A stretch of 64,000 nucleotides of DNA, taken from Parcubacteria group bacterium LiPW_30 (GTDB taxonomy: Bacteria; Patescibacteriota; Minisyncoccia; Phycocordibacterales; VMEP01). Position 1 is the stretch's first letter. Each line of letters opens with the position of its first letter. The notes beneath the pieces are model-generated. The model was not told the DNA's origin, ran no database searches, and saw only the letters and a program-made list of their open reading frames with translations. A program made the translations under genes and the position numbers. Positions 10,808-20,460 of the stretch are shown one piece after another. Where the stretch lies: positions 479,184-543,183 of the forward strand of contig VMEP01000001.1 in the NCBI GenBank assembly GCA_007375595.1, in the 5' to 3' direction.

Positions 10808-12040
10808 ATGATCATTAAAGATTTTTCAAAATTTAAACTGCCCACAAAACCAGGTATATACCGCTTTTTAGGAGTGCGCAACGAAGTTTTATATGTTGGT
10901 AAAGCAACGTCACTTAAGGAACGTGTACGAAGTTATTTCTCAAAAGACCTAAACAAAATGCGTGGGGCACAAATTGGCGCCATGGTTTTGCAAGCGCGTA
11001 AGATTGATTGGCAGACTACCGATTCAGTTCTTGAAGCACTTTTACTTGAAGCAAGTTTAATTAAAAAATGGAAACCAAAGTATAATACTAAAGAAAAAGA
11101 CGACAAGAGTTTTAATTGTGTCGTTATAACTAACGAGCTCTTTCCAAAAGTTCTTGTTATCAGAAAGAGAGAAATTGATTTTGATGAACTGAGAGCCAGA
11201 AACTATAAGCTGAAAACTATCTTCGGTCCGTTCCCAAATGGCGGGGCTTTGCGCGACGCGATGAAATTAATACGAAAGATTTTTCCATTTCGTGATAAAT
11301 GTAATCCATCATCCAAAAATTCAAAACCATGCTTTGAGAGACAAATTGGATTATGCCCCGGTGTGTGTACCGGAGAAATTTCTAGTGCCGACTATAAAAA
11401 ACACATCAAACTCCTTTCGTTATTTTTTGAAGGAAAAAAGAGAACACTTTTATCGGAGATTAAAAAGAATATGAAGCAGTCGGCAAAAGAGCAAAAATTT
11501 GAAGAAGCACAACGTTTAAAGAAAATCCTTTTTTCACTTGAACATATCCAAGATATCGCTTTAATTAAACGTGAGCCGGAAGCTTTTAATGAAGATGTTT
11601 TTAGGATTGAAGCGTATGATATTGCGCATATCTCTGGGAAGCAAATGGTTGGGGTGATGACGGTGGTTGAAAATGGAGAAGTTAAAAAATCAGATTACCG
11701 TAAATTTAAAGTAAGCGGTTTTTCGAAGGCGAATGATACTGGTGCGCTGTCCGAGGTTTTAAGACGTAGATTTAATCACGGAGAATGGAAGTTTCCCAAC
11801 CTTATTGTCGTAGATGGCGGTCGTGCACAGCTAAATATCGCGCATAGTATTGCAAAGGAGGTGAATATTAAGACCAAAATTGTTTCAGTTGTTAAAGACG
11901 AAAAACATCGTGCCCGAGAGATTTTTGGTGATGTAGATATATGGAAAGGTAAGGAGAGACAGATTTTCCTTGCAAATAGTGAGGCACATAGATTTGCAAT
12001 TAAGTATCACCGGGAGTTAAGAGATAAAATTCGTAAATAA
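10808..12040 (+). CDS. uvrC: Excinuclease ABC subunit C, short form without C-terminal HhH
   Basis: GIY-YIG (PGIY..YVGKA), UVR coil, RNase H-like IEAYDIAH, VDGG, EAHRFAI. Confidence 0.92.
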   Translation: MIIKDFSKFKLPTKPGIYRFLGVRNEVLYVGKATSLKERVRSYFSKDLNKMRGAQIGAMVLQARKIDWQTTDSVLEALLLEASLIKKWKPKYNTKEKDDKSFNCVVITNELFPKVLVIRKREIDFDELRARNYKLKTIFGPFPNGGALRDAMKLIRKIFPFRDKCNPSSKNSKPCFERQIGLCPGVCTGEISSADYKKHIKLLSLFFEGKKRTLLSEIKKNMKQSAKEQKFEEAQRLKKILFSLEHIQDIALIKREPEAFNEDVFRIEAYDIAHISGKQMVGVMTVVENGEVKKSDYRKFKVSGFSKANDTGALSEVLRRRFNHGEWKFPNLIVVDGGRAQLNIAHSIAKEVNIKTKIVSVVKDEKHRAREIFGDVDIWKGKERQIFLANSEAHRFAIKYHRELRDKIRK

Positions 12041-12058
12041 CTTTGCTATAATGTTTTT

Positions 12059-13030
12059 ATGACAGCAATTCGAGTCGGAGTGCTCCGAGGAGGAGTTTCA
12101 AATGAGTATGATGTTTCCCTAAAAACAGGGGGTAATGTGCTTAATGTTTTGCCAAAAAATAAATATAAAGGGATAGACGTTCTTATGGAAAAGGACGGAA
12201 CTATTGTTGTAAACGGAATTACATCAAAATTTAGCGATTTATCAAAACACGTTGATGTCGTTTTTAACGCACTTCATGGAGAATTCGGTGAGGATGGAAG
12301 GGTTCAGCAACTTTTAGAAAGTACAGGAATTCCATATACGGGATCGTCTGCAATGCCATCATCTCTTGGGATGAATAAGGTGATTTCAAAAGAATTTGCC
12401 GAGAGGGCGGGGATGAATGTTCCAAAGCATATTTTGATTAAGCGTGAAGAAGTTTCTGATATACCAGAATTTTCTCTTGGTTTATTTAAAAGTATTTCAC
12501 AACCAAGAATAATAAAACCAATTTTCGGTGGTTCTTCTGTTGGGATGACGTTTGCATCAAATTTAGAAAAATTAAAAGAGGGAATTGAAGAAGGGTTTAA
12601 GCATGAAGACGTGATAATGCTCGAAGAACACATTTTAGGGAAAGAAGTTACGTGTGGAGTTATTGATAATTTTAGGGGACAAAAAAGTTACGCACTTCCA
12701 GTTGTTGAAATTCAACCACCAAAAGAAAATAGTTTTTTTGATTACGATGCAAAGTATAGCGGAAAAAGTAGAGAGATTTGTCCTTCTTACTTACCAGCCG
12801 AATTGAAAAAAAAGATTGAAGAGATGGCGGTGTTGATTCATGAGCAATTAGGGTTAAGGCATTATTCTCGTTCGGATTTTATTATCGGCAGAAATAAGGT
12901 TTATTTTATTGAAGTTAATACACTCCCGGGTCTTACAGAAGAATCTCTTTTGCCAAAATCCCTTGAAGTTATTGGTTTGAATATGCCTGATTTTGTTGAT
13001 CATGTGATTAGACTTGCTCTCTTAAAATAA
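12059..13030 (+). CDS. ddl: D-alanine--D-alanine ligase
   Basis: GGVSNEYDVS, LHGEFGEDG, GSSVG, YDAKY, EVNTLPG. Confidence 0.95.
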   Translation: MTAIRVGVLRGGVSNEYDVSLKTGGNVLNVLPKNKYKGIDVLMEKDGTIVVNGITSKFSDLSKHVDVVFNALHGEFGEDGRVQQLLESTGIPYTGSSAMPSSLGMNKVISKEFAERAGMNVPKHILIKREEVSDIPEFSLGLFKSISQPRIIKPIFGGSSVGMTFASNLEKLKEGIEEGFKHEDVIMLEEHILGKEVTCGVIDNFRGQKSYALPVVEIQPPKENSFFDYDAKYSGKSREICPSYLPAELKKKIEEMAVLIHEQLGLRHYSRSDFIIGRNKVYFIEVNTLPGLTEESLLPKSLEVIGLNMPDFVDHVIRLALLK

Positions 13031-13152
13031 TAAGGTAGTATATTCAGGTAGTCGGAAGTTTGAAAGTTTATAAAGTCCATAAAGTACGGAGATAAAAGGT
13101 TTAGTTTTAGGTTACTTTTAACTTTGAGACTTTTTAACTTTTAACTAAAGTA

Positions 13153-13225
13153 GGGCCGTTAGCTCATCTGGTAGAGCACCGCATTTGCAATGCGGGGGTG
13201 GCAGGTTCGAGTCCTGTACGGTCCA
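13153..13225 (+). tRNA. tRNA-Ala(TGC)
   Basis: GGGCCGT/ACGGTCC acceptor with G3-U70, anticodon arm CCGCA-TTTGCAA-TGCGG, TTCGAGT T loop. Confidence 0.96.
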
Positions 13226-13256
13226 CAAAATTAATCCGCGTAAGCGGATTTTTTGT
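13226..13256 (+). terminator. Terminator after tRNA-Ala
   Basis: AATCCGC-GTAA-GCGGATT followed by TTTT. Confidence 0.75.
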
Positions 13257-13387
13257 TGGAACGTAAAAAACTGCTGGGAGCAGTTTTGCCAGGACTCGAA
13301 AAGCGGAGCGGGGTACCCATGCACCAGCATGGGTCGCGAGCTGCGGACACGAGAAAAATTTTCGACGGAAAATTTTTACTCGCGGAA

Positions 13388-13407
13388 GAGTCCTGTACGG
13401 TCCACAA
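13388..13407 (+). repeat. 20-bp direct repeat of the tRNA-Ala 3' end (att-like)
   Basis: GAGTCCTGTACGGTCCACAA identical to 13209-13228. Confidence 0.85.
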
Positions 13408-13669
13408 TGATTCGCTGAGCACATTGTGTAGTTATTTGTGCGAAGCATCATTGTCAGACCTTACTGATGAGAAAGCCGGAGCGCGACGGCGCGAGTCGGG
13501 TGAGAAAGCGAAGAATGAAGCTTTCGCAAGGTCGGACTGAGCGAAGGCGAAGGAGACGGGGTCGCGGGTTTTGCTAGCAAGCAAAAACCTGTGACCGCAC
13601 AAATTTTCAGCAGAAAATTATGGAAAGTAAAAGGTTGCTATTATTTTTAATAATTACTAATATAAACAT

Positions 13670-14443
13670 ATGAAAAAAATATTATCTATATTTGCTTTAA
13701 TCCTTATGTTTGCAGCCGCTGAATCTGCCTACGCGACGCTCATTCCTTATACCTCTCAAGAAAGACCGGAATTGGGTGAGATGTACAAAGTTACGCAGGA
13801 AGTCAAAAAGGGCTGGAATCTCATCCCAGCTTTTAATATGAACTACGACCTTTCTGGTTATGACCGAGGTAGTGTTCCGAAATCTGAATACAAAGCGAGA
13901 GGCCCAATATCTTTTGATAGTGAAATACAAAAGGAAAATATACAAGCATTGTTTTACTACTCAGCTAATCAAAATAAATACTTGAATTTTTGGCCAAATG
14001 TAAACGAGGCGTGGGATGGTATTGGAAAAGATGTCTACGCTTTAGGCATAGACCCAAACAATGAACAAGACACAAAAATTCATAATTACCTTTTGACAAG
14101 CGGAATGTGGTTGTACTCCAACAAAGATGGAATTCTGAAATACGAAATGTTTGCGGGGCAAATGAAGGAGTTAATGAACAAAAGAAAATTACTCAAAGGT
14201 TGGAATTTTGTTGTTGTAACTCCTGACATGGGAACAAAAACTTTTGAAGAAATAGTGGGCACATGCAAAATAGAAAAATCATACTACTACGATAGTGTTG
14301 ATACTAAACAATGGATATCTTTTCCGGTTGATCGCATCAAAGACGCAACAGGGATAGTATGGGTTGTGAAAGTTTCAAATAATTGCCAACTTGGAACGAG
14401 TGGTTCCGTCCCTGTTGCGCCATTACCACAATTGCCAAATTAA
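13670..14443 (+). CDS. Secreted protein with two K(K)GWN(L/F) repeats
   Basis: Signal peptide, KKGWNLI and LKGWNFV, Pro-rich C-terminus. Confidence 0.7.
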   Translation: MKKILSIFALILMFAAAESAYATLIPYTSQERPELGEMYKVTQEVKKGWNLIPAFNMNYDLSGYDRGSVPKSEYKARGPISFDSEIQKENIQALFYYSANQNKYLNFWPNVNEAWDGIGKDVYALGIDPNNEQDTKIHNYLLTSGMWLYSNKDGILKYEMFAGQMKELMNKRKLLKGWNFVVVTPDMGTKTFEEIVGTCKIEKSYYYDSVDTKQWISFPVDRIKDATGIVWVVKVSNNCQLGTSGSVPVAPLPQLPN

Positions 14444-14448
14444 AATTT

Positions 14449-14715
14449 ATGAACAAATGGATAGTCGTTATAATTATATTGGTCTTGGTGGCGCTTGGCA
14501 TAGGTTTTTATCTGAACAAAAAAAATAACGATTCAACTTTGTATCCGCCAGCATTTCCAAGCGATGAATCCTCTCAAGCCACTCAATCTAACAAAGAAGT
14601 TATAAATAATTTTGGTGTAGACAAAACAACTTCGACGCAAACGTCACTAACACAGAAAAAAACTGAAACACAAAAACCGTCGGCAATACCTAAACCCCCA
14701 GAACTTCCACAGTAA
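14449..14715 (+). CDS. Small membrane-anchored Thr/Pro-rich protein
   Basis: ATG 14449, N-terminal TM helix, low-complexity tail. Confidence 0.65.
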   Translation: MNKWIVVIIILVLVALGIGFYLNKKNNDSTLYPPAFPSDESSQATQSNKEVINNFGVDKTTSTQTSLTQKKTETQKPSAIPKPPELPQ

Positions 14716-14770
14716 TAGTTTACTTTAGTCCACCAAAACCACTTTAAAATATTTGTATTGACGCACATCT

Positions 14771-15109
14771 ATGCCAACCGTAAATATCTTCTACAAAGAT
14801 TCAGAAAAAGAACCGCCACTCCAAGCATTAGTGGGCGGACTTAAGGATTATATCGCTGAAGAATTAACCTGTGGAGATATTAAGTTAAAACCAAACGAAG
14901 TAAGCATCCGTCTTATTGAGGTTACTGGCGGTGAAATGATCGGTGCCGTAGAAGTTGAGATAACTGCTCACTCTTTTGCAGAACGAGTGAAAAAACAGGA
15001 TGAAATTTGTCTTAAAATTATGGAGTATATACAAAAAGAAAACCCTTCGCTGAGAGAAGTTAAAGTTTGGTTGCAACTTTCTGAATTAGGACATAGTTGG
15101 AAAGAGTAA
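14771..15109 (+). CDS. Possible tautomerase/MIF-superfamily protein
   Basis: N-terminal Pro after Met (MPTVNI), ~112 aa with two beta-alpha-beta-like halves. Confidence 0.5.
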   Translation: MPTVNIFYKDSEKEPPLQALVGGLKDYIAEELTCGDIKLKPNEVSIRLIEVTGGEMIGAVEVEITAHSFAERVKKQDEICLKIMEYIQKENPSLREVKVWLQLSELGHSWKE

Positions 15110-15273
15110 CTTCCCAAACAGCCAATTCTTTTATAATTTTGTTTCAATCAACACAGACGTAGTCCACAAAATAAAGAAGCCAGATATCAAAGTATCTGGT
15201 GTTTTTTATTTTTGTATGTGGCTGAGTTCCTGTTAAATTGTTTTTGCAAAAATGTTAAAATATCACCATAATT

Positions 15274-15468
15274 ATGTTTTCTTTAGAACCACAATTTTTT
15301 GATATTTTCGGTTTTGTTGTTTTTGTCTATATTACTTTATTGTCTTGGTTATTATTGCGTAGAATTTATGTAAAAAAGTGGATGATTATTGTTTTGTTTT
15401 TAATAGGAGTTATAGGCCTATTGGTTGATGGTTCTGTTGTTTATGTTTATTATTTGAAATCATTTTAA
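15274..15468 (+). CDS. Small two-TM hypothetical protein
   Basis: Two hydrophobic segments. Confidence 0.55.
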   Translation: MFSLEPQFFDIFGFVVFVYITLLSWLLLRRIYVKKWMIIVLFLIGVIGLLVDGSVVYVYYLKSF

Positions 15469-15478
15469 TTTTTTATAT

Positions 15479-15820
15479 ATGAATCAATTAGAACAGCCAT
15501 CTTCAAAAAAACCAGAGTTGTCGGCGGTTGATAGTGAAAAAGTTTTTTTAGTGCGTAATTTTTTACAGCTTTATCATGCTCAAAGAAAGACAGGCGTAGA
15601 TGCTGAACTGTATTCCCCAAATAAAGAAGAAAATGAAATTATAGCAGAAGAAACAAGAAATTTCGGTAGTGAATTTCATGATTGGATTGATACAGAAGAA
15701 GGTAAGTTCGTAGTTGAAAATTACACCAAAAACCATTCCTTAGAAGAGGTTGGAAAATTCGAAGATATGGAAGACGTTATGAAGAAGTACGAAGCGTATT
15801 GCGCCAAAACACTCCATTAA
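15479..15820 (+). CDS. Hypothetical acidic protein
   Basis: 113-aa ORF with host-like codon usage. Confidence 0.6.
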   Translation: MNQLEQPSSKKPELSAVDSEKVFLVRNFLQLYHAQRKTGVDAELYSPNKEENEIIAEETRNFGSEFHDWIDTEEGKFVVENYTKNHSLEEVGKFEDMEDVMKKYEAYCAKTLH

Positions 15821-15824
15821 TTTT

Positions 15825-16085
15825 TTACTTACTCTCTTCGGTTTTGTCCTTCATTTTACTAAACACAAAGATATAGAGTATTTCAAGAATTCCAATAGTG
15901 TTTATTAAGAGCATGGCGATAAACCACCACTTCTTTCCTAGCTGTGCTGATTTCCAGAGGGCTAGCCCCTTCCACACCAAACTCCAAACTAAAAGCACTG
16001 CGAACAAAAAACTCAGGTATGGAATTAATTGGGGGTTGCTTGCTATGTATTGATCTAAAAAACTTTGTGAAAAAATTTGGTTCAT
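15825..16085 (-). CDS. DUF5652-like membrane protein
   Basis: WSLVWKGLALWKSA...WF...NTIGILEILY pattern. Confidence 0.75.
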   Translation of the reverse strand: MNQIFSQSFLDQYIASNPQLIPYLSFLFAVLLVWSLVWKGLALWKSAQLGKKWWFIAMLLINTIGILEILYIFVFSKMKDKTEESK

Positions 16086-16096
16086 TGTGTTTGTTT

Positions 16097-17101
16097 TTAA
16101 TAATAACGATTAATATTTTTAACGTGTTCTTGGTATGTTACAGAGCAGTGGATATTCCTTCTTTTATCGTGTAGATAAAAGAGGCACTCTGTTTTTTTTG
16201 GATTTAATGCAGCTTGGATTGCTGCCATGCTTGGACTTGAGATTGGTGATGGTGGAAGCCCTTTGTTCTGATACGTATTATATGGTGATTCTATGTATTT
16301 GTCTTCAGATAATACTTTTGGCCACCAACCATTTTTCTCAGATCCTTTTGCGTATTGTAATGTTGCGTCAATATCTAAGCTCATTCCGTTGAAAATACGA
16401 TTCCAGATAATCCCCGAAATAAGACGCATATCACGGGTCCCGTTTGATTCACGTTCGATTATTGAGGCTATCTTGAGAGCAGTTTCTATTGAGATTATGG
16501 ATTTGGTTGAACTAGCAAACTTATCAGCAATTTCTTCCTTAAATTCACTTATCATTACCTCAGCAACCTTTTCTGGCGGTGTGTTTTTTTCAAAAGAATA
16601 ACCAGTTGGGAAATAATACCCTTCGGTAAATTTTATATCATCAAGAGCAACCACACTTCTTGTTGTTAGAAAAATATTTTCAGCCTTTGCATCCCAGTTT
16701 AATTTTTTTGCGAGAATGTCGGCAATTTCTTCTTTCCGCATTCCCGGTTGTACACGTATATGTTTAATAGATGGATTTGCAAGCGATGCGACAGAGGAAA
16801 TATTGTCACTTAAAATTTCATAAACCTTCATTGAGATTTCTCGCGCAAGCTGAGCATCTTTATTTTCAGGCTCAAATCGATCGTCAGCAATCGTCTTTTT
16901 TATCGGGTTAACTGTAACAATAAAGTTTTGGTCTGGAGAAAGAGATTCTTTTTTCCCGGCCAGATATAGGATTATTATTGCAACAAAAAATAGTACAAGA
17001 AAAAATCCAGTTGCAATTATTTTTTTACTAAGGAGTTTTGTTTTTTGTTGAGTTCTTGGAATTCTTTTTGATATCCTTTTCGTGGTGGTTCTAGATTTCA
17101 T
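16097..17101 (-). CDS. mltG: Endolytic transglycosylase MltG (copy 1)
   Basis: N-terminal TM, EGYYFP, ASIIERE, SPYNTY..GLPPSPI. Confidence 0.88.
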   Translation of the reverse strand: MKSRTTTKRISKRIPRTQQKTKLLSKKIIATGFFLVLFFVAIIILYLAGKKESLSPDQNFIVTVNPIKKTIADDRFEPENKDAQLAREISMKVYEILSDNISSVASLANPSIKHIRVQPGMRKEEIADILAKKLNWDAKAENIFLTTRSVVALDDIKFTEGYYFPTGYSFEKNTPPEKVAEVMISEFKEEIADKFASSTKSIISIETALKIASIIERESNGTRDMRLISGIIWNRIFNGMSLDIDATLQYAKGSEKNGWWPKVLSEDKYIESPYNTYQNKGLPPSPISSPSMAAIQAALNPKKTECLFYLHDKRRNIHCSVTYQEHVKNINRYY

Positions 17102-17224
17102 CTATATAGTATAAGTTAATTTGTATCTGTTTAGAAGTCTTTATTTTTTTAATAAATGATTTTTATGTGTTGACCAATTTAGGGTATAGGGTATGCTAAA
17201 CGAAGGCACCTTAAGGAGAAAACC

Positions 17225-17377
17225 ATGAAATTCGAATATTTGAGTGACGTTCACGGAAGTATTTCTGGCCTCATGCTTGCCTGGTGGTTTGCGACCTTTG
17301 TGCATGGGCCAGCCGTTATTTATGCCCATGCCATGAGCTTTCCGCTGAAAAAGACAGAGGATGAGGTGGAGAAATAG
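17225..17377 (+). CDS. 50-aa small protein absent from the ORF track
   Basis: TTGACC-16-TATGCT promoter, AAGGAG SD, MKFEYLSDVHGSISGLMLAWWFATFVHGPAVIYAHAMSFPLKKTEDEVEK. Confidence 0.6.
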   Translation: MKFEYLSDVHGSISGLMLAWWFATFVHGPAVIYAHAMSFPLKKTEDEVEK

Positions 17378-17530
17378 TCTTCTCGCCAGGCACCTTAAGT
17401 CATCGCCGGAAAACGTGTTTTGTGGTTTAATAAATTTGGTAAAACACCGTCTGTGTAATTTTTAAACAGACGGTGTAACCAATATTTATTAATGCTTGAT
17501 ACCCTTTATAAATAAAGATAAAAAAATATT

Positions 17531-17890
17531 ATGAATTTTGGAGAACATGACCCAGCACAGCGAAAAGAGGTTTTTATTTCTGATGAAGATATAACAACCC
17601 CATTGATTAAAAAGGAAGGTCGTAGTTTAGAAATCTCGGACATCGAAGAAGATTTTTATGAGCGAGTTGACGCCATAAATCAACTTATCGGTAATCTTAT
17701 GGTGTTGCGCGAAGTTGATGGGCCATCATCTGAAAACGTTGATATGTTGGAAAAACAAATTATTGGCGTAAAGAATGAATTAGGTGGTTATTTAGCTACT
17801 GTCGTAAAAGAAGGACACAACGTAGCGCTAAGAGAAGATATTGAAGATGTTTTGCAAAAAATTAGCAAAGCAATCGGAACGATTCAGTAA
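17531..17890 (+). CDS. Hypothetical protein
   Basis: 119-aa acidic helical ORF at the start of an operon. Confidence 0.6.
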   Translation: MNFGEHDPAQRKEVFISDEDITTPLIKKEGRSLEISDIEEDFYERVDAINQLIGNLMVLREVDGPSSENVDMLEKQIIGVKNELGGYLATVVKEGHNVALREDIEDVLQKISKAIGTIQ

Positions 17891-17897
17891 ATAAAGC

Positions 17898-18437
17898 ATG
17901 GATACGCTAGCGCATGGACTCTGGGGAGGACTTTCCGGGAGAGCTCTTTCTAATAAAACTCGCCGAGTGAGTGCTATTAAGGCGTTTCTTTGGGGTGTGT
18001 TTCCAGATTTATTTGCTTTTACCATTCCGATATTTTTCCTTTTATGGAATATATTTTTTGGTGATATGCCACTTTCTTATTGGCCGCCACCTTCGCCACA
18101 TGTCGAGCCGTCACAAGATTTACTCCCTTTTTCGTCGCTCGTAAACAACTTATACAACATAAGCCACAGCTTTTTTGTTTTTGGCGTAATATTTGGGTTT
18201 GTGTATGTATTTACAAAACGACTGCCACTTGAAATGTTTGGTTGGTTTTTACACATTCTTTTTGATATCCCGACACATAGTTATCAATTTTTTCCAACGC
18301 CGTTTCTTTGGCCATTTTCTGATTTTAAGGTAGATGGTATTTCGTGGGGCGTCTTGTGGTTTATGGTTTTAAATTATTCGGTTCTACTTCTTTTTTATGC
18401 GATAATTAGATTTCGAGAAAAAAATAAAAAAATATGA
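17898..18437 (+). CDS. Membrane-bound metal-dependent hydrolase (YdjM-like)
   Basis: MDTLAH, FPD, SHS, HILFDIPTH motifs. Confidence 0.7.
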   Translation: MDTLAHGLWGGLSGRALSNKTRRVSAIKAFLWGVFPDLFAFTIPIFFLLWNIFFGDMPLSYWPPPSPHVEPSQDLLPFSSLVNNLYNISHSFFVFGVIFGFVYVFTKRLPLEMFGWFLHILFDIPTHSYQFFPTPFLWPFSDFKVDGISWGVLWFMVLNYSVLLLFYAIIRFREKNKKI

Positions 18438-18655
18438 AAGAATTTTTAATGAAAAAAATGCTTGAAAGGCAGCTAAAAGATATCCCTAAAGAAATGCAAG
18501 ATAAGATTGTTAAGGTTGCAAGCGAAAACCCAGAACTTATTTCTAAAATAATGGGAGAAGTAGAGGTTGAAGTGAAAAATGGAAAAGATTATATGTCGGC
18601 GGCGAAAGATGTCGCAGTAAAATACAAAGATCAGTTGTCTTCGCTAATTTCTTAA
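18434..18655 (+). CDS. Small hypothetical protein
   Basis: Translationally coupled 73-aa ORF. Confidence 0.6.
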   Translation: MKEFLMKKMLERQLKDIPKEMQDKIVKVASENPELISKIMGEVEVEVKNGKDYMSAAKDVAVKYKDQLSSLIS

Positions 18656-18658
18656 TAA

Positions 18659-19243
18659 ATGGACAATAAGAAAAAAATAACAATAATAATCGGACACCCA
18701 GATAAGAACACATATTGTGGTGAGCTTGCGCGGCGCTATGAAAAAGGGGCAAAAGAAGCTGGCCATGAAGTGCGATTGGTCGCTATTGGGGATTTAAAGT
18801 TTGATCCAATTTTGCACTATGGATATAAAGTAATTCAGCCACTTGAACCTGATTTAACAAAGGTGCAAGAAGATATTAAGTGGGCGGAACATTTGGTTGT
18901 TGTTTATCCAAATTGGTGGGGGACAATGCCGGCACTACTTAAGGGAATGTTCGACAGAATGATTTTGCCTGGTTTTGCTTTTCGTTTTCACAAGAATGGG
19001 TATATGTGGGATAAACTTTTATCTGACCGCAGTGCTCGTGTTTACATAACAATGGATTCACCTCCACTTATTGCTCGAATGATGTTTGGTGATAATGCTA
19101 ATGAAATCAAGAGAGACATTTTAGGTTTTGTTGGTTTTAGCCCTGTTTCGATAACAAAAATAGGCGCGATTAAAATGATGTCAGATGATGAGCGTGTTCA
19201 TTGGCTTGAAAAAGTAGAGAAGCACGGGAAGAAAGTCGCTTAA
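18659..19243 (+). CDS. NAD(P)H dehydrogenase, flavodoxin-like fold
   Basis: GHP, YPNWWGTMPALLKGMFDR. Confidence 0.88.
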   Translation: MDNKKKITIIIGHPDKNTYCGELARRYEKGAKEAGHEVRLVAIGDLKFDPILHYGYKVIQPLEPDLTKVQEDIKWAEHLVVVYPNWWGTMPALLKGMFDRMILPGFAFRFHKNGYMWDKLLSDRSARVYITMDSPPLIARMMFGDNANEIKRDILGFVGFSPVSITKIGAIKMMSDDERVHWLEKVEKHGKKVA

Positions 19244-19252
19244 ACTTTAATT

Positions 19253-20353
19253 ATGAATCTATCTATAGGAATCGTAGGACTTCCAAACGTCGGCAAATCG
19301 ACGCTTTTTAATGCGCTCACTAAAAATTCGGTGCCGGCTGAGAATTATCCATTTTGTACGATTGACCCATCTGTTGGGGTTGTTTCTGTGCCAGACGAAC
19401 GAGTGGAGAAACTAACAACTTTATCTCATTCAGCAAAGACAATACCAGCAGTCGTTCAGTTTGTTGATATTGCGGGCCTTGTTAAGGGTGCGGCAGACGG
19501 TGAAGGCCTTGGAAATAAATTTCTTTCTCATATCAGAGAAACAAACGCAATAGCAGAAGTCGTTAGAATTTTTGAGGACGATAATGTCATTCATGTTGAT
19601 GGTGGAATAAATCCTCTTCGTGACATTGAAACAATAAATACAGAACTTGCTCTTGCTGATTTAGACACGGTTTCAAAGAGATTAATAAATATTGAACGCG
19701 ATGTTAAAAAGGGCGACAAAATCGCCATATTTGAAAAGGGTATTTTGGAAAAAGTAAAAATTGCTCTTTTAGAAGGTAAACTTGCTTCAGAAATACCACT
19801 TTCGGTAGAAGAGACCGCGGTTGTAAGAAGTATTCACTTGATTACTTCAAAACAGTTTCTTTATGTTTTAAACAAAAAGGCTGGAGGAAAAAATCTTGAC
19901 GAATCACCGGAGGATGAGCGTTTTGTTGCCCTGATGAAGTTTTTAAAAGATGGGAACAGAAGTTTTGTTATTGTTGACGCAAAAATTGAAGACGAACTTA
20001 AGTCGTTTGAAGGGGAAGAAAAAAATAACTTAAGAGAAGAGCTCGGTGCAAAAGATGATGGTATTAAAGATTTAATTCGTGCTGGGTATGAGATGCTTGG
20101 TTTAATTACGTATTTTACAACAGGGGAAGACGAGACGAGAGCTTGGACAGTTCCCAAAAATTCAACTGCGCCAGAAGCGGGTACTGCAATTCATAATGAT
20201 TTTAAAGATAAATTTATTCGTGCTGAAGTTGTTTATTGTGATGATTTACTGTCGTCTGGATCGTATACTGAAGCGCGCGCCAAGGGGCTAGTCCGTATAG
20301 AAGGAAAAGAATATATCGTCAAAGACGGAGATGTGATTGAGTTTAGGATTTAA
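19253..20353 (+). CDS. ychF: Ribosome-binding ATPase YchF
   Basis: GLPNVGKST, NYPFCTIDP, DIAGLVKGA, GLGNKFL, TGS domain. Confidence 0.97.
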   Translation: MNLSIGIVGLPNVGKSTLFNALTKNSVPAENYPFCTIDPSVGVVSVPDERVEKLTTLSHSAKTIPAVVQFVDIAGLVKGAADGEGLGNKFLSHIRETNAIAEVVRIFEDDNVIHVDGGINPLRDIETINTELALADLDTVSKRLINIERDVKKGDKIAIFEKGILEKVKIALLEGKLASEIPLSVEETAVVRSIHLITSKQFLYVLNKKAGGKNLDESPEDERFVALMKFLKDGNRSFVIVDAKIEDELKSFEGEEKNNLREELGAKDDGIKDLIRAGYEMLGLITYFTTGEDETRAWTVPKNSTAPEAGTAIHNDFKDKFIRAEVVYCDDLLSSGSYTEARAKGLVRIEGKEYIVKDGDVIEFRI

Positions 20354-20426
20354 GTACTCTTTAGTTAATACCTGTTACCTCTAAATGATCTTTTTATAAC
20401 CCAAAGGTGTTAACTGGACGTGGCAC

Positions 20427-20454
20427 TTGACAAATAAAATAGACCTGCTATAGT
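20427..20454 (+). promoter_or_regulatory. Sigma70-type promoter
   Basis: TTGACA-16-TATAGT with TG extension. Confidence 0.75.
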
Positions 20455-20460
20455 GGGCGA

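Noticed and set aside
13145-13540. Several overlapping ORFs in the track across tRNA-Ala and downstream
   Set aside because: They overlap a clear tRNA and a GC-rich hairpin region, so they are spurious
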